A stretch of 64,000 nt of DNA from assembly GCF_902459465.1 (NCBI RefSeq), contig NC_047079.1, positions 7,192,001 to 7,256,000 on the forward strand, written 5' to 3'. Below are positions 52,599 to 64,000 of this stretch, piece after piece. The translations under genes and the position numbers were made by a program. A model generated the notes under the pieces. That model made no database searches and was not told where the DNA came from. It saw only the letters and a program-made list of their open reading frames with translations. The stretch's first letter is position 1. Every line of letters begins with the position of its first letter. This DNA is from Asterias rubens (taxonomy: Eukaryota).

Positions 52599-55000
52599 AC
52601 AAATACCGGGATAGTATCACCACGAAAGGATTCCAAAAGCATACAGTCACAATATCAATGGAGTGAACAGGTTTGCCTTTCAAATTGATCAGTTTGGTGT
52701 TTTTACACAACATGGATAAACAAAACTTACCTTACGAGGTGAGTGTGTGACTTCAGTGTGTGTGGTCGTCTGCTTTCAAATGTAGTGTTTTTGCACAAGA
52801 TACCCTTACATCGTGAATAATTACAAAAGAGTCCTAGCTTGGACTTTGTACACGGCTCAATGAAAGAAAGCATCGAACCATAGCAATTAGGATCCAACGA
52901 ATGAGGTTGCTGCTGCAGTTATACGTCACGATTTTGAATAAATGGGGGAACATCTTAAAAAGGGTAAATTCCAATTTTCGCTTTAAAAATTCTTTTGCAT
53001 TGATTTCTACTCAACTGTGATCCGTGGCCCCAGGCCCAAACAAACAAACAAACAAACAAACAAAAACAACAAACACAAATAAACCCAGTTATTTTATGGC
53101 CTGACCGATGCTGTCCCCCCCCCCCCCCCGATCAACCAATGCAACTCTGTAGTGGATAGCTAGCTTAACATATCATACTTTCTCGAACTTCGGTTGATGT
53201 GGCCTTCAAGTCAAATCGTTTTGTTGAGTGAATCCACTCTCAACGTGATCTAGTTTGCTGTCGAAAGATCCTATAATTTTTTTAGTACAGACACTCACCA
53301 TATTATTATATTTTTTTAGTGGACAATACACATCCGGGGAGTAAAGCTCCTGTCATCGTCTAGGATACCATTAAAATAAATAAGTATGCCTTCTTGGTTT
53401 TTATATATCTATATAATATATATATTTATGAGCATCCTGTAATAATGAACTGCAAGCGCGGACAATAAATCCAATAAAAAGCCTATTTTGAAATGTCTTT
53501 GGTCGCATAATAAAATACCAACAAAAACTACACAAGTCATAGGAAATTCAATTTATGAAGGCCTAATGCGTGCATTTATGTTCGTTTTTTTTTTTTAATG
53601 AACGTTAATTAATTTTTCAAGAAGTTGACCTGGGAAAAAATATTATTATCAAAAATAGAAAGCCGCCTCGATTTTATTAATTTTGTTTTTGTTTAATGGC
53701 AATACAAAAACAAACTGGTTCATAGTTTCTTGTCAGAAGAGACAGATTATCAAATAACACTATAATGTTGTTTGTTACTGGTTGCCGGCAAAACTTCGCT
53801 TTTTAGATGAATAATAATTACACCTTTGTGATTGACAGCCGCTGGCCCCAGGCCCAATCTTCAGCCATTTTTCTCGACCCCTCAATTAGTCTAACGTACC
53901 AAGAAAAGCTCCCAGAGAACGGCGTTAAAGCTTCCCCGTTGCCAGTTTACGGTGGGTCGAGCTGACTCATCAATGACGCAGCCGTTGTAGGTCGAGATCT
54001 CGCATACATTGTATCGAGTTGTCGAACTTAGAGTTCAGTAGCCACTCTTGAGACATCTCGACACTCGGTATTTATATTGCATAGCGTAGCTCATGTCATG
54101 AGTTTGTTGTGTTTGGAACTCGGGAAGGTTTGTTTGAGCTGTAAACTCATTTTTTTTTTAGGGAAAGAAACGTTTCTTTCATCATTAGATGGGCACAAGA
54201 TTAAACATTGATATCAAGTGCTGCTTTTTAATGTGGTAAGTTAAGTTTATTTATTATTGTATTACGATTAATTTCTTTTTGCAGTTGGCAGCGAGCAGGT
54301 GAGGTAGTTTGGCCTTTGGCTCACGTCATCACTGACTAAATTAGTAAGTGTTAACAGTTAAGTTAAGTCACTAGTACTAGTACTAGTAGTACTCTACTGG
54401 ATTGGGTTTTTAGTTTTACCCGAGTCAGCATGGTCAGTGCCCGGCCGGGTTGTTTACTAAAGTCCTCAACTCGATCATGTGCTACAACAAAAATATCTCA
54501 TTTGACTTGTGAGTAAATTAATCAGTTTAGGCCTAATTTTAACAAATTAAAAAAGTGGTGGCAGGATATGGAAATCCTTCCTTCCAAAAACTAAAATTAA
54601 AAAAGTTCCAGAATCCATTTTCTTCCATAAAACTGAACGATTCTTGTATTTTATAATACTAACTGGTATTAAATTATATAATTACTGAATAAACTGTATT
54701 CGCAATGATTGTAGTTGCGATAACGTATACCTCCTGCCGACGGTTGGTGGTTGTGCTGCTGGATGTGTACGATAACGTTACAGAGAGAGTAAGTATGAGA
54801 TCATGTCCAAATCAGGAGAGCCTAATTTCTAAACACTACACTGTCGGAGGACACACCCACCAAATTCAGTTCAGGATTTTTCATTGTTGTGTATAAGATC
54901 ACACCCCTCAATAACATTTAACAATGTTTTTATTCTTTATCAACAGGCAAGGCCATTTCGGCTGTAACACAAAGTTGAACCTCACGAAGGCCGAATCAAA

Positions 55001-56355
55001 ATGCCACACAAGATATTCTTCACAGTGATTCATGCGAGTGGTGTAGACAATGGATTTAATATCCGAGAGCTTGAGGTTCACAGTCCGCTATCCAGAGGAT
55101 GGCAGTCCACAAGATTTTGTCTTTATCCTCAAGAGATTGTCATCCAGTTAGCGGAGAAGATCCGGATCAGGAAACTACAGTTGCTAGCTCATCAGTATCT
55201 GATACGTGAGTTTGACGTTAATCATAAGCCTAATCCTTTCAAACCCTCCAAAATCCTCTTCATAAAGTTGTCTGATTGCGAAAAATTGAGAACTGTAGAT
55301 CCAAAGAACAACTACTTTGTTGGGCCAGGCATACAAGTCTTTAGTCTGAATCTAATTCTGCTGTTTGTTCAACACTCACAAATATTCATTATTTTGTTTG
55401 ATGGATTGTTTTGACTTGACTTGTCAGTGTGGCAAAACGTTGCCAACTACTTCTGGAACTTTTTTTTAAATTTTTTCTTTTTTTTCTTCTTTTTCTTCTT
55501 CACCATCACAGCGACTAAGATCGAGTTTTACATCGGAAGTTTACCACCAGACCACATCACAACACTTCATGGAACTCGCTACAAGAGACTGGGGTAGGTT
55601 AAGATACACTAAACAAAATCATGAGTTAACAAATTGTAGTAAAACAAATTAATTTGGCATTTTAATTTCATCTAGTGGGCTGTAGGAGGGCACTGCATAA
55701 TATTCTTTCTCTCTTGAGTTCCACAAAAAGATGATTTTGAAAGTTCATAATTTCCATGATCGGATGAGCAAATTTGAATAATAATAATAAACAAATAAAC
55801 AGCACTAAAGCACATATATAATATCTCCATAATTTTGGAAACGTTGTTCATTTATATGTATGTTGAATGTAATTCTGAAATCTCTCTGATTGTTGTACAA
55901 AATCTCCCTGATCGCAAGATGCAAATAATGGCAGCTCTGGAAAAGTTGTCCGAGGACTCAGTGTAAATCCAAGTTGATTAATCTTTTGCATTCATCTTTG
56001 AACATTTGATAACAGGTATGTTGCCATGTCCGATAACTCCAAGACGGGCTACAAGGCAAGAGAGTTGAAGTCTGTCCATGTAGATGCAGTCGGGCAGTAT
56101 TTAAGACTCGTCATACACAAAAACCATGTCAACAAATACAACACGTACAATCAGGTAGGGTTATAGTCATAATAAGAATAATAATCATAAGCAATCCCTC
56201 GATGGGAGGAGATGTGCTCCACAGAATAAATTGAGTTATTAGGGTTGAGGTAGCTGGTGCCAAAGGTGGCTCCATCGATGACTCAAAAGTCTGATCCGAG
56301 ACGTCCCACTGTTTTTTGGTGTGCGTGGTGGTGGTGAACTGGAATTTTTTCAACA

Positions 56356-56389
<34 letters not shown>

Positions 56390-59300
56390 GACTTGTAATG
56401 CGCACATATCCACCCTGCTGGGTGTTCAAGGCGCACACCAGTAAGGTGTGGGATTGCGGTAGTTGAGTGATAGTGAATAACTGCGTCTTGCACCAAGACT
56501 AGTTCGCATATGATGAACTGTGGTTAATGTTTAACATTGAGAGCTGAATTATTTCATGAAAATGACGGATTTCTTCAATAAACTGTACTTTTTCCGCCTC
56601 TTGGAAACAAAGAATAAAACCTCAAAATCTAATTTTGTTTCTAGGTGAGCCTGATCGCCATTAACGTGATTGGTGACGAGATAACTACAGAAGAGGATCT
56701 CATCCAATATGACGAAGAAAACAAACAGAAAGTGAATCAGGTGATCAAAGATTTCATGCCGGAAGGTTACTATGGAGATGATTTGAAGAATGGAAACGAC
56801 GTGGATCCTGCTGTACTTGGTGCTGTCAATAGGTCAGTGACATACTGTTTCTTTTCCACCGTAGGTCTGTGGCCAGCCTCTGTCTTTTCTAGAGATATTA
56901 TTAGGGTATATGTGCCCCTAGCCCTATATAGGACTCTTTCTCTGTACACAGGAACAGAGTCCTAACTATTGAGGCCCGTTTCTGGGGCGGAAACATTCCA
57001 TGGCGGCATACATTTTTCTGCGGTGGGTTTTGGTCCTCATATTTTCCTCACAAATCCATTATTTTCGTGAAATAATGCAGCTTCCAACGTAAAAAAATTC
57101 CCGTTTCGATTGTTTTCTCACAGTGTTGTCTGTTGTCGTGCGTCTGCGTATACACTCGCGTGCAAGACGCATGAATTCTTGGTCACCGTATCTTTACTGC
57201 ACAGCGTTAACAACACAATTCAAAACTTGCGCGTCGTGCGTCTTGCATACACACGGCAGACTGTGAGAGTACGAACAAAAATGGGAATTCCTTAACGTTG
57301 GGAGCTGCATTATTTCATGAAAATGACGGATTTGTGAAGAATATATGACGATCAAAACCCACCGCAGAAAAACATATGCTGCCATGGAATGTGAATCTGT
57401 TGAAATTGGTGCTTTCTTGCAGGTAAGATTTGAGTTATGAAGTTGTGAAAATTTTCCGCCCCAGAAATGTACCCTGATGTCCAGGACGTCACTGTAGTAC
57501 AAAACGAAAGTGTAAGGCCGCCAGGGCTAATGTGCCACCAGTGTGTCCGACCTGGTGTGGCTGATGTGTCACAATAAACTGCCTATCAGACCAGGAACAC
57601 CAGGGCATAAACCCCTTCTCTTTACGATACGTGCACTGGGTTCTTTTACTTGCATGACACAACACATGGGACCTACGACGTTAGGCCCCCCATCCGAAGG
57701 ACACATCAAGAGTTTTGAAATGTCTTGCTTTTAAAAGGACACTAAGTGTCTTGACCAGGACTCGAACCCAACACCAGAGCTTGATTCTGTTGTTCTTATT
57801 CGTCGGCCACAACTCTGTGTAGAACACAGAGCCATTCCAATATTCCAATCCAATGTCTTTTATTCTTCTAGGAAGGACTACATCTCCCCGATGGATGATC
57901 TGGCATTTGATATGTACCAAGACCCAGAGGTGGCTCAAATCATCAGAAAATTGGACGTCAGAAAAAATGAAGCTGTACTTCGTAAGTATTACTAATAGAC
58001 TCAAAGCACATCAAGTTTCTTCTTGCTTCTTGTTGTAGCCATGTGTAGGAAGTAATAAACTGTTTCTATTGGATATTATGTTTTCCCCTTTAAATTCCTA
58101 TGTTTGGTTATTATTATTTTCTTTAGAGGAGCAGTATGACATGGCCAAGAAGTTAAAGCAAGCCATCGCTGATCTGCAAAAGGTAGGTTACCAAGAGGGT
58201 ATACAACCCAATCAAAACATTTCACCAACATTGATTAACAACGTGTCTCGTCAACCGCCATTCTTGTCACTTATAAACCTGTGCGAGTTTCAGCTCAATC
58301 AGTCGTGGAACCTAATGACTTTACCAATAGGAATAATCTGATACGACTGTCATAATTTGTCGTGTAGGTTGGTGAGAAACTTGGGCGTTATGAGGTGGAG
58401 AAACGCCGAGCCATCGAGACGGAAGACTACGACCTCGCTAAGGTCAAGAAGATCCAGATGGAAGAATATCGACTACAGATCTATCAACAGCTAGAGGTCA
58501 ACGACCTGTTGCAACTCAGCAAGGTAAAGAACAGGGTGCGTTTTCGGGGTCGTAACCATTAACTGTTTCGGTTGAATTGCCCATTGGTTAATCACTGGCC
58601 ATAGACCGAACAGTTATTGGTAATGTGTTCCTTTAATAACAAGGCCTGCGCTGGCTAGAAACTTCACTGAGGCAACTGAGGCAATTGCCTCCAAAGCACC
58701 GGGCACTTCCTTGGTGCCTATTTAATTTTTTCCAAATAGGCCTATGTTTAAATTCCCACTTAGAAAGAAAAAACTGTATTACCCCAAGAATGAAGTATAA
58801 GACCTGTCCTGTTTTGAATTGAGCAGTCTCTTGCCAATAGAGTTGAGGAAGATTTTTTATCATACAATTTTCTGTTAATTGAAACATTGATTTCCCTTTT
58901 TTCTCTCAAGAACTTGTTCTGGCCACCCAAAAATGTAAGTACAAAAAATACATGAGAATATTCTATATTTTGGTGACGGGGTTTTAAAAATATTGCTTGC
59001 ACTGTTTCTGTTGGTTAAGGCAGTAAAGTTAACTTTAAAATGAGTAGATTTAATCAAGTGGATTTGTTGCTGTGTTGTGTGGTGCTGTACTAATACTTAA
59101 GGTGTGTTTTTATATTTTGTGATGTTCCGTGCCAAAACTAGGCACTGCTTGTGGTTATTCTTTCCGTAAAAATGTCTGTGTAAAACTGAAACATCACCTT
59201 TGTATTATTTTGAATAGAAATTGACGAAATATGTTTGCAGTTTGTATATGCCTGTCATTGTTTAAAAAAAGCTGCAAGGCAGAGGATGCTATTGTGTTTG

Positions 59301-62300
59301 AAAACACATTGGAGTGCCTCGGCAGCCCGGGCCTGTTTACTCTGAAGGGAACTGAGAAAGAGTACAAAAATGTTATTGGTCCAAAAAATGGCACATTGAT
59401 ACATTATTGAAAATGTGCTATATTAGAACAAGTTATTATTATTACTTTGTATTTTCTATTCAGAGCGGGGATCGAGACACAAATGTTCCCCTAGAGAAGG
59501 AGTCACCACGACGACCAGAACCAGTCAGGAAGCCCATCAGTCCATCCCCTACGAGAAATGGAATCGCCCGACCCGCCTCACCCATAGACATTGATGAGAG
59601 GCCTCTACCAACGATAAAAAGGTACGTTCAGATCATAAGAAACTCCTTGTTGCATTGACATGAAGGTTGGACATGGTTTTTCCATGGCATGTTGTGGCTG
59701 GTAAGTTTTGTTGAGCGGATCCAGTGTTGGTTCGAATCCCTGTCATGACACTTTTGCCTTTGAATTAACAGTATAATTGCGGCGTGAAAAGATGGGATAC
59801 TAGTGCATTCTGCTCTACCAGCCAGGGTCCAATTTCATAGAGCTGCTAATCAAAACAATTTGCTTAGCATGAAATTTTTGTCTTGATAAAAACAGGATTA
59901 CCAACCAAATTTCCACGTAATTTTCAGGATAAGCAAACAACAGCTGAATACCAGTAACAAGCAAAATGCATCAAGTTGAAATTTGGTTGGTCATCCTGTT
60001 TTTATCAAGGAAGAGATTTCATGCTAAGCAAATTTTTGTGCTAGCAGCTCGATGAAATTGGGCCCAGGTTCCTAGTGGATGATACCAATGCCTACATCAT
60101 TTCGGACTGTGAAAGGAGAAGTCCTCTTTCTGTTTCAACCCCCATGAGTAGGCTGCAGCGTGCCCCTGGGGCCGATTTCACAAAGAGCTAGTTGCTAAGC
60201 AAAGTGTGATGTCACAATATGAATCACCATGGTAAGGCTGACAAGTTGTCTTGCGATGAATTTTATTTGCTTTGTGAAATCGGCCCCAAATTTTGGGCTT
60301 GATAATAGTATAATTTGACGGTGAATCTAAGATCAACCTTCTGTCACCTATTAACAGCTCTCCAAGGGAGCCGTTACTCGAGCCATCCCCACGCCTGCTT
60401 GAACCTGATGATGAGCCAGTAGCACCTGCAGATGCCGTTAATGAAGCTGCTGCAACTGGAGCAGCACCACCAGATCACGCTGAACCTCTGAACGAGAAGA
60501 CGCTGCGGGAGGCAGCGGCAGCCATTGATATCTTTGGACAAGATTTGGTGAGATTTCATGGCATTTTTTTCAGAGCATTTTGAAAATTTGAATCAATCAT
60601 ATATTTTCAGGAAAGGAAAGATTTTCATTAGGGAGAATTGCAATGTAACTTGAGGTAAATTTCTGTGCTTGTGTCAAGTGTACTTCAAGGATTAGGTAGG
60701 AATTTTAACTTGTGTGCGTGTATGCCAAATATTATTAGGTATTCTTCGCTGATAGAGCTGGCGCAGGAATTCTAATGTATGCTTGCCCAGTGATTGAAGT
60801 GCAAATTTTGACGGAAAGCAGAGCCCTAAGATTGGGCCCTTTTCAGCTCGTTATTTATTCTTGCTATTTATGTTTCCAAAGGTGAGTAAACTGTACTCTA
60901 AGAACTGGTCGTTAAGAGAGGAGGCCCTCGCTGAGCTGAAGCAGAAACTAGAAACAGAGACGGAGACGATGGACAAGGAGGAGTTGCGTAGCATGCTCAG
61001 GGCGTCTGTCTTTCTCTCCTCCAAAGGACTCAAAGATAAAGTCTTTGCTGTAAGTTGATTTTCATGGGGCTGTATCAATGCAATTTTTTGTATAACAATG
61101 TGAAGTGGTTATTAAAATGAAAGTTTTCATGGGGATTAGAGTTAAGATGGATGTATAAAGATCTACCTTAGCGTTAAGCTCAAACTGGATGTCTGATGAT
61201 AAATGTAAAAGCGACAGGTATTAGAATTAGGGAGAAGTCATCCTCAGAATAGCGTCCTGACCCGTTATTTATGAGTGTCACATTGTTTAAACAATATTTT
61301 CAACTCCGCTTTTCCCACATTGCTGTAATATTTGTCCTAATTTTATTCTGGATGATTTCAGGTGTTCATGGCTGCATTGAGTCTCGTCAGATCAATCTAC
61401 GATGATTGGATACCGAGACACAAACCAAGCAAAGGAGATACGAGTCATTCCTTGGAGCAAGTATTGCCTGATCTCATGGCTAGGATTGGAGACACCGTAA
61501 GTCTTTCAGACCCACCCCTTCTAAGCTCTCCTCAAAGATTTCAAAACATTTCTTTTTTCAAATGTTTTTGTTTAAAACCCTAGCTCCCTACAGTGATTTT
61601 CTTCAATCCTTCCCTACTCATTATCCCTTTTTTTTGCACTGTAACTCTTATCTCCGTGGAAAACAGCCCGGGTCTTGTTTTACCCCACGGCTACCCGAGG
61701 GCAGTTTCACACTGTGTCCCTATTCCACAGGGTTCTGTTTGCATGTTTCAAGAATACCCCAGGGTTTTACTGCTTACCCCTACTCCAGAGCATGGGCTAG
61801 CTATTTCCAGGGGTATGCCCATTTGCAGGGGCAGACTGGGGGAAGACCGGGGGTAAAGCGACCATAGTGTGAAAAGGCTGCCCCCAATATCACATGGTTA
61901 AGTCAACATCCATTTGTTTAATAAATATATCAAAGAAAAGCACTGGGCGAAGGCTGATCTTCACATTTTAGATTTTAAGTACCTAATTAAAGTGTGATGT
62001 CAGAGCACAAATCACTATGCAAATTTCTTTTAGGCAATTCTTCGGGCTCCAGTTGTTTTTTTTTCTCTACTGTATTTAAATTCCTCTCTGCTGTATTTTC
62101 AATGTTTTTAACCTAATTAATGTGCATTATTGTACTTTTTATTGCCGATTAAAGAAATAAATATTAATATAAATGTAAAATATGGCAATATCAACAACTC
62201 ATCTTAAGATAAATCTCAGTGTTGTGTGAAATCGTTCTCCAGTCTTTTATTTTCAATAATTTTTGTTTTCGTCCTCCCATTTCCTTTAAGAATGCCCGAC

Positions 62301-64000
62301 TGAAAGCAGCTGACATTGACTTTATCAACGAGCTAGCTTTGTACAAAGATGTGCGCTCTCTGCACATGGTACCACATTATTTTGTTGCACCGTTTAAAGG
62401 CACAACTCAAGCTAAGATTGCCGTCACTAGAGTAGACGTTGTAGACAGACTCTTAAAGGATCTTGGGGTTGACAAACATAGGTAAGCTCTTTTGGTTTAA
62501 AGAAAACGGCAAAACGCCATGTCGTATATGTTACATTTGTGAGCGGGTTTAATTGTTTTTCTTTCATCTGTATGGCTTGTTCTTCATAGCTTGTCTTTGC
62601 TGAGTGGTTTAGCACACCAGACTCTAGGTCTGGTGTTTCTGATCAGCAGAGTGTAGGTTCGAGTCCCAGCTTGACCATTATTGTTTTGTCCTTTAGAAAA
62701 TCAAATGCAACTAACTTTTTAAATAATTCGTAGTTTCGTCTTTAATTTTCACTTTAAGAACTTATATTCATCTTTAAACTGCCAGTCATGGTTTTGATAA
62801 ACCATTATTGTTGTCACAGTTGTTTACTTTAATCTTGACACTTGAATCTTTCAGTGGTTTGACCGTTGACAATGTGATGACGTTTGCAAAGCGCGCTTTG
62901 GAGCATACGGCCGGTGAGGTCAGGGAAGCATCCGTTCATCTGATCTTGGAGTTATATCGGATAAAATCGGAAGCCGTCCGATCGCATCTCCCCTCGGAAG
63001 ACGATCATAAGACGTTAAAGAATCCACTCTATCATAAGATCTTTGATGGTATGGATAAAGTTGATGGGAAACCCACCAAGGCGGAGAAAAAGGTATGTAC
63101 AAGTCAAAAACCAATTTTGTTTCGAAAAATTCACAAATTACAGGGATGATCGAGATTTGTCCCTATTTTTCCTTTTTGACCAATCACTTTACAATCATGT
63201 TTCCCGATGGCTAAAAGAGATCTTATTGTGGAATTTCTATCTGTTTAATTGTTTATCTGTACTTGCTGTGGCCCATGTGAGAAAATGGCTGACACCACGA
63301 CCAATGTTTTTTGCTAAATTATTACTATTTTTTATTCAATATTTGAAGGCCAAGGCTCAGAGTGACAAAGCATCCGAGAAGAAACGTAAACAAGCAGAGA
63401 TTGAAGAGCTTCAGCAACAGCTGGCTGACCTCAGAGCAGCCACCTTAGCACAAGGGAAAAATGTACGTCTCTTTCAGTCTTTGTTTGAATAAAAATGTTA
63501 AACAAAAGTTTCTTTATTGACTTTTAATTACTTCTGTCATAAATAATCAATGATTGTATTTCTTCTCAATTTCAGCCAGATGCTCCAGGGAAGAAGGGTC
63601 CAAAAGCTGGAAATAAAGGTAAGAGTGTCTCTTGGTGGATTTGGTTAATTGGGCAGTAACAAAGCCAGCTTCATTTCACACCAGGAGGGAACTTTTATGA
63701 AACTTGCATTTAATTTTTTATTTATTTCCATGCAATCTCACGCCTATACCTGTACTGTAACTGTGTTTCATAGATTGGGTTTTGTCATCTTAATGTTGAT
63801 TTGTAAGACTCCCTTAGTAAGGACTGCATCAGCATTTATTGATGTGTCGCTGCCCCAAGACCATCTCTAAGATGGATACCGACGCATCATAAATGCCCTT
63901 CATTTGTTATTATTACCTTTTTAAAAGTTGTTAAATTTTGCCTCTAGATCTGCCCAAGAAGCTGCCTCGAGCTCCAAGCATCGCTGAGCAATCCGACTAC
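55001..64000 (+). CDS. CEP104: Centrosomal protein of 104 kDa; 5' portion, truncated by window end
   Basis: Exons 55001-55205, 55512-55593, 56016-56154, 56645-56832, 57872-57981, 58127-58182, 58368-58523, 59464-59621, 60358-60547, 60882-61049, 61362-61496, 62291-62481, 62855-63092, 63349-63462, 63576-63618, 63948-end; phases consistent. N-terminus MPHKI...RFCLYPQEIVIQL...IRKLQLLAHQYLI, then ARELKSVHVDA, DDLAFDMYQDPEVAQIIRKL and TOG-like YSKNWSLREEAL. Confidence 0.94.
56357..56390. repeat. (AAT)n microsatellite
   Basis: About 10 AAT units in CEP104 intron 3. Confidence 0.9.
56973..57474. mobile_element. PIF/Harbinger-like MITE in CEP104 intron 4
   Basis: Ends GG(C/T).C.TTTCTGGGGCGGAA, long imperfect inverted arms, and TGA flanking both sides (56970-56972, 57475-57477) as a 3-bp TSD. 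Confidence 0.65.
59824..60065. mobile_element. Harbinger-like MITE (GGGCCCAATTTCAT ends) in a CEP104 intron
   Basis: Palindromic body GGGTCCAATTTCATAGAGCTGCT...AGCAGCTCGATGAAATTGGGCCC; partial copies at ~46045-46140 and ~9340-9425. Confidence 0.75.
60168..60288. mobile_element. Small Harbinger-like MITE
   Basis: Perfect TIR GGGGCCGATTTCACAAAG / CTTTGTGAAATCGGCCCC. Confidence 0.75.
62592..62676 (+). mobile_element. tRNA-derived SINE head
   Basis: GCTGAGTGGTTTAG A box and GGTTCGAGTCCC B box. Related B-box-plus-GACACTT fragments at ~38575-38690, ~57690-57790 (-) and ~59715-59825. Confidence 0.55.

Overview
AT-rich, intron-rich animal genomic DNA, not prokaryotic. The repeat families and gene set suggest an invertebrate deuterostome, probably a sea star (inference). 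I assembled ten spliced or single-exon genes by hand from splice sites and checked reading-frame phase. In order: a signal-peptide-bearing GH31 sulfoquinovosidase (YihQ)-like glycosidase (+), MTHFR (+), SCO1/2 (-), SRPRB (+), a secreted PAN/Apple plus FAMeT-like-domain protein (-), an intronless GT92/DUF23 glycosyltransferase (-), an IolG-like Gfo/Idh/MocA dehydrogenase (+), cytidine deaminase (+), an HPGD-like SDR (-) and the 5' part of CEP104 (+, runs off the window). Non-coding space holds many TTAA-flanked Kolobok-type MITEs, Harbinger-like MITEs, tRNA-derived SINE fragments, minisatellites and a young 1-kb foldback element. The top leads are an intron-containing, apparently secreted animal sulfoquinovosidase (possibly linked to the nearby oxidoreductases), a GC-AG first intron plus 6-nt microexon in CDA, an intron-spanning uORF in MTHFR, an atypical intronic tRNA-like element, and the foldback element with a 6-bp TSD. 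No database searches were run; all family calls rest on recognised motifs.
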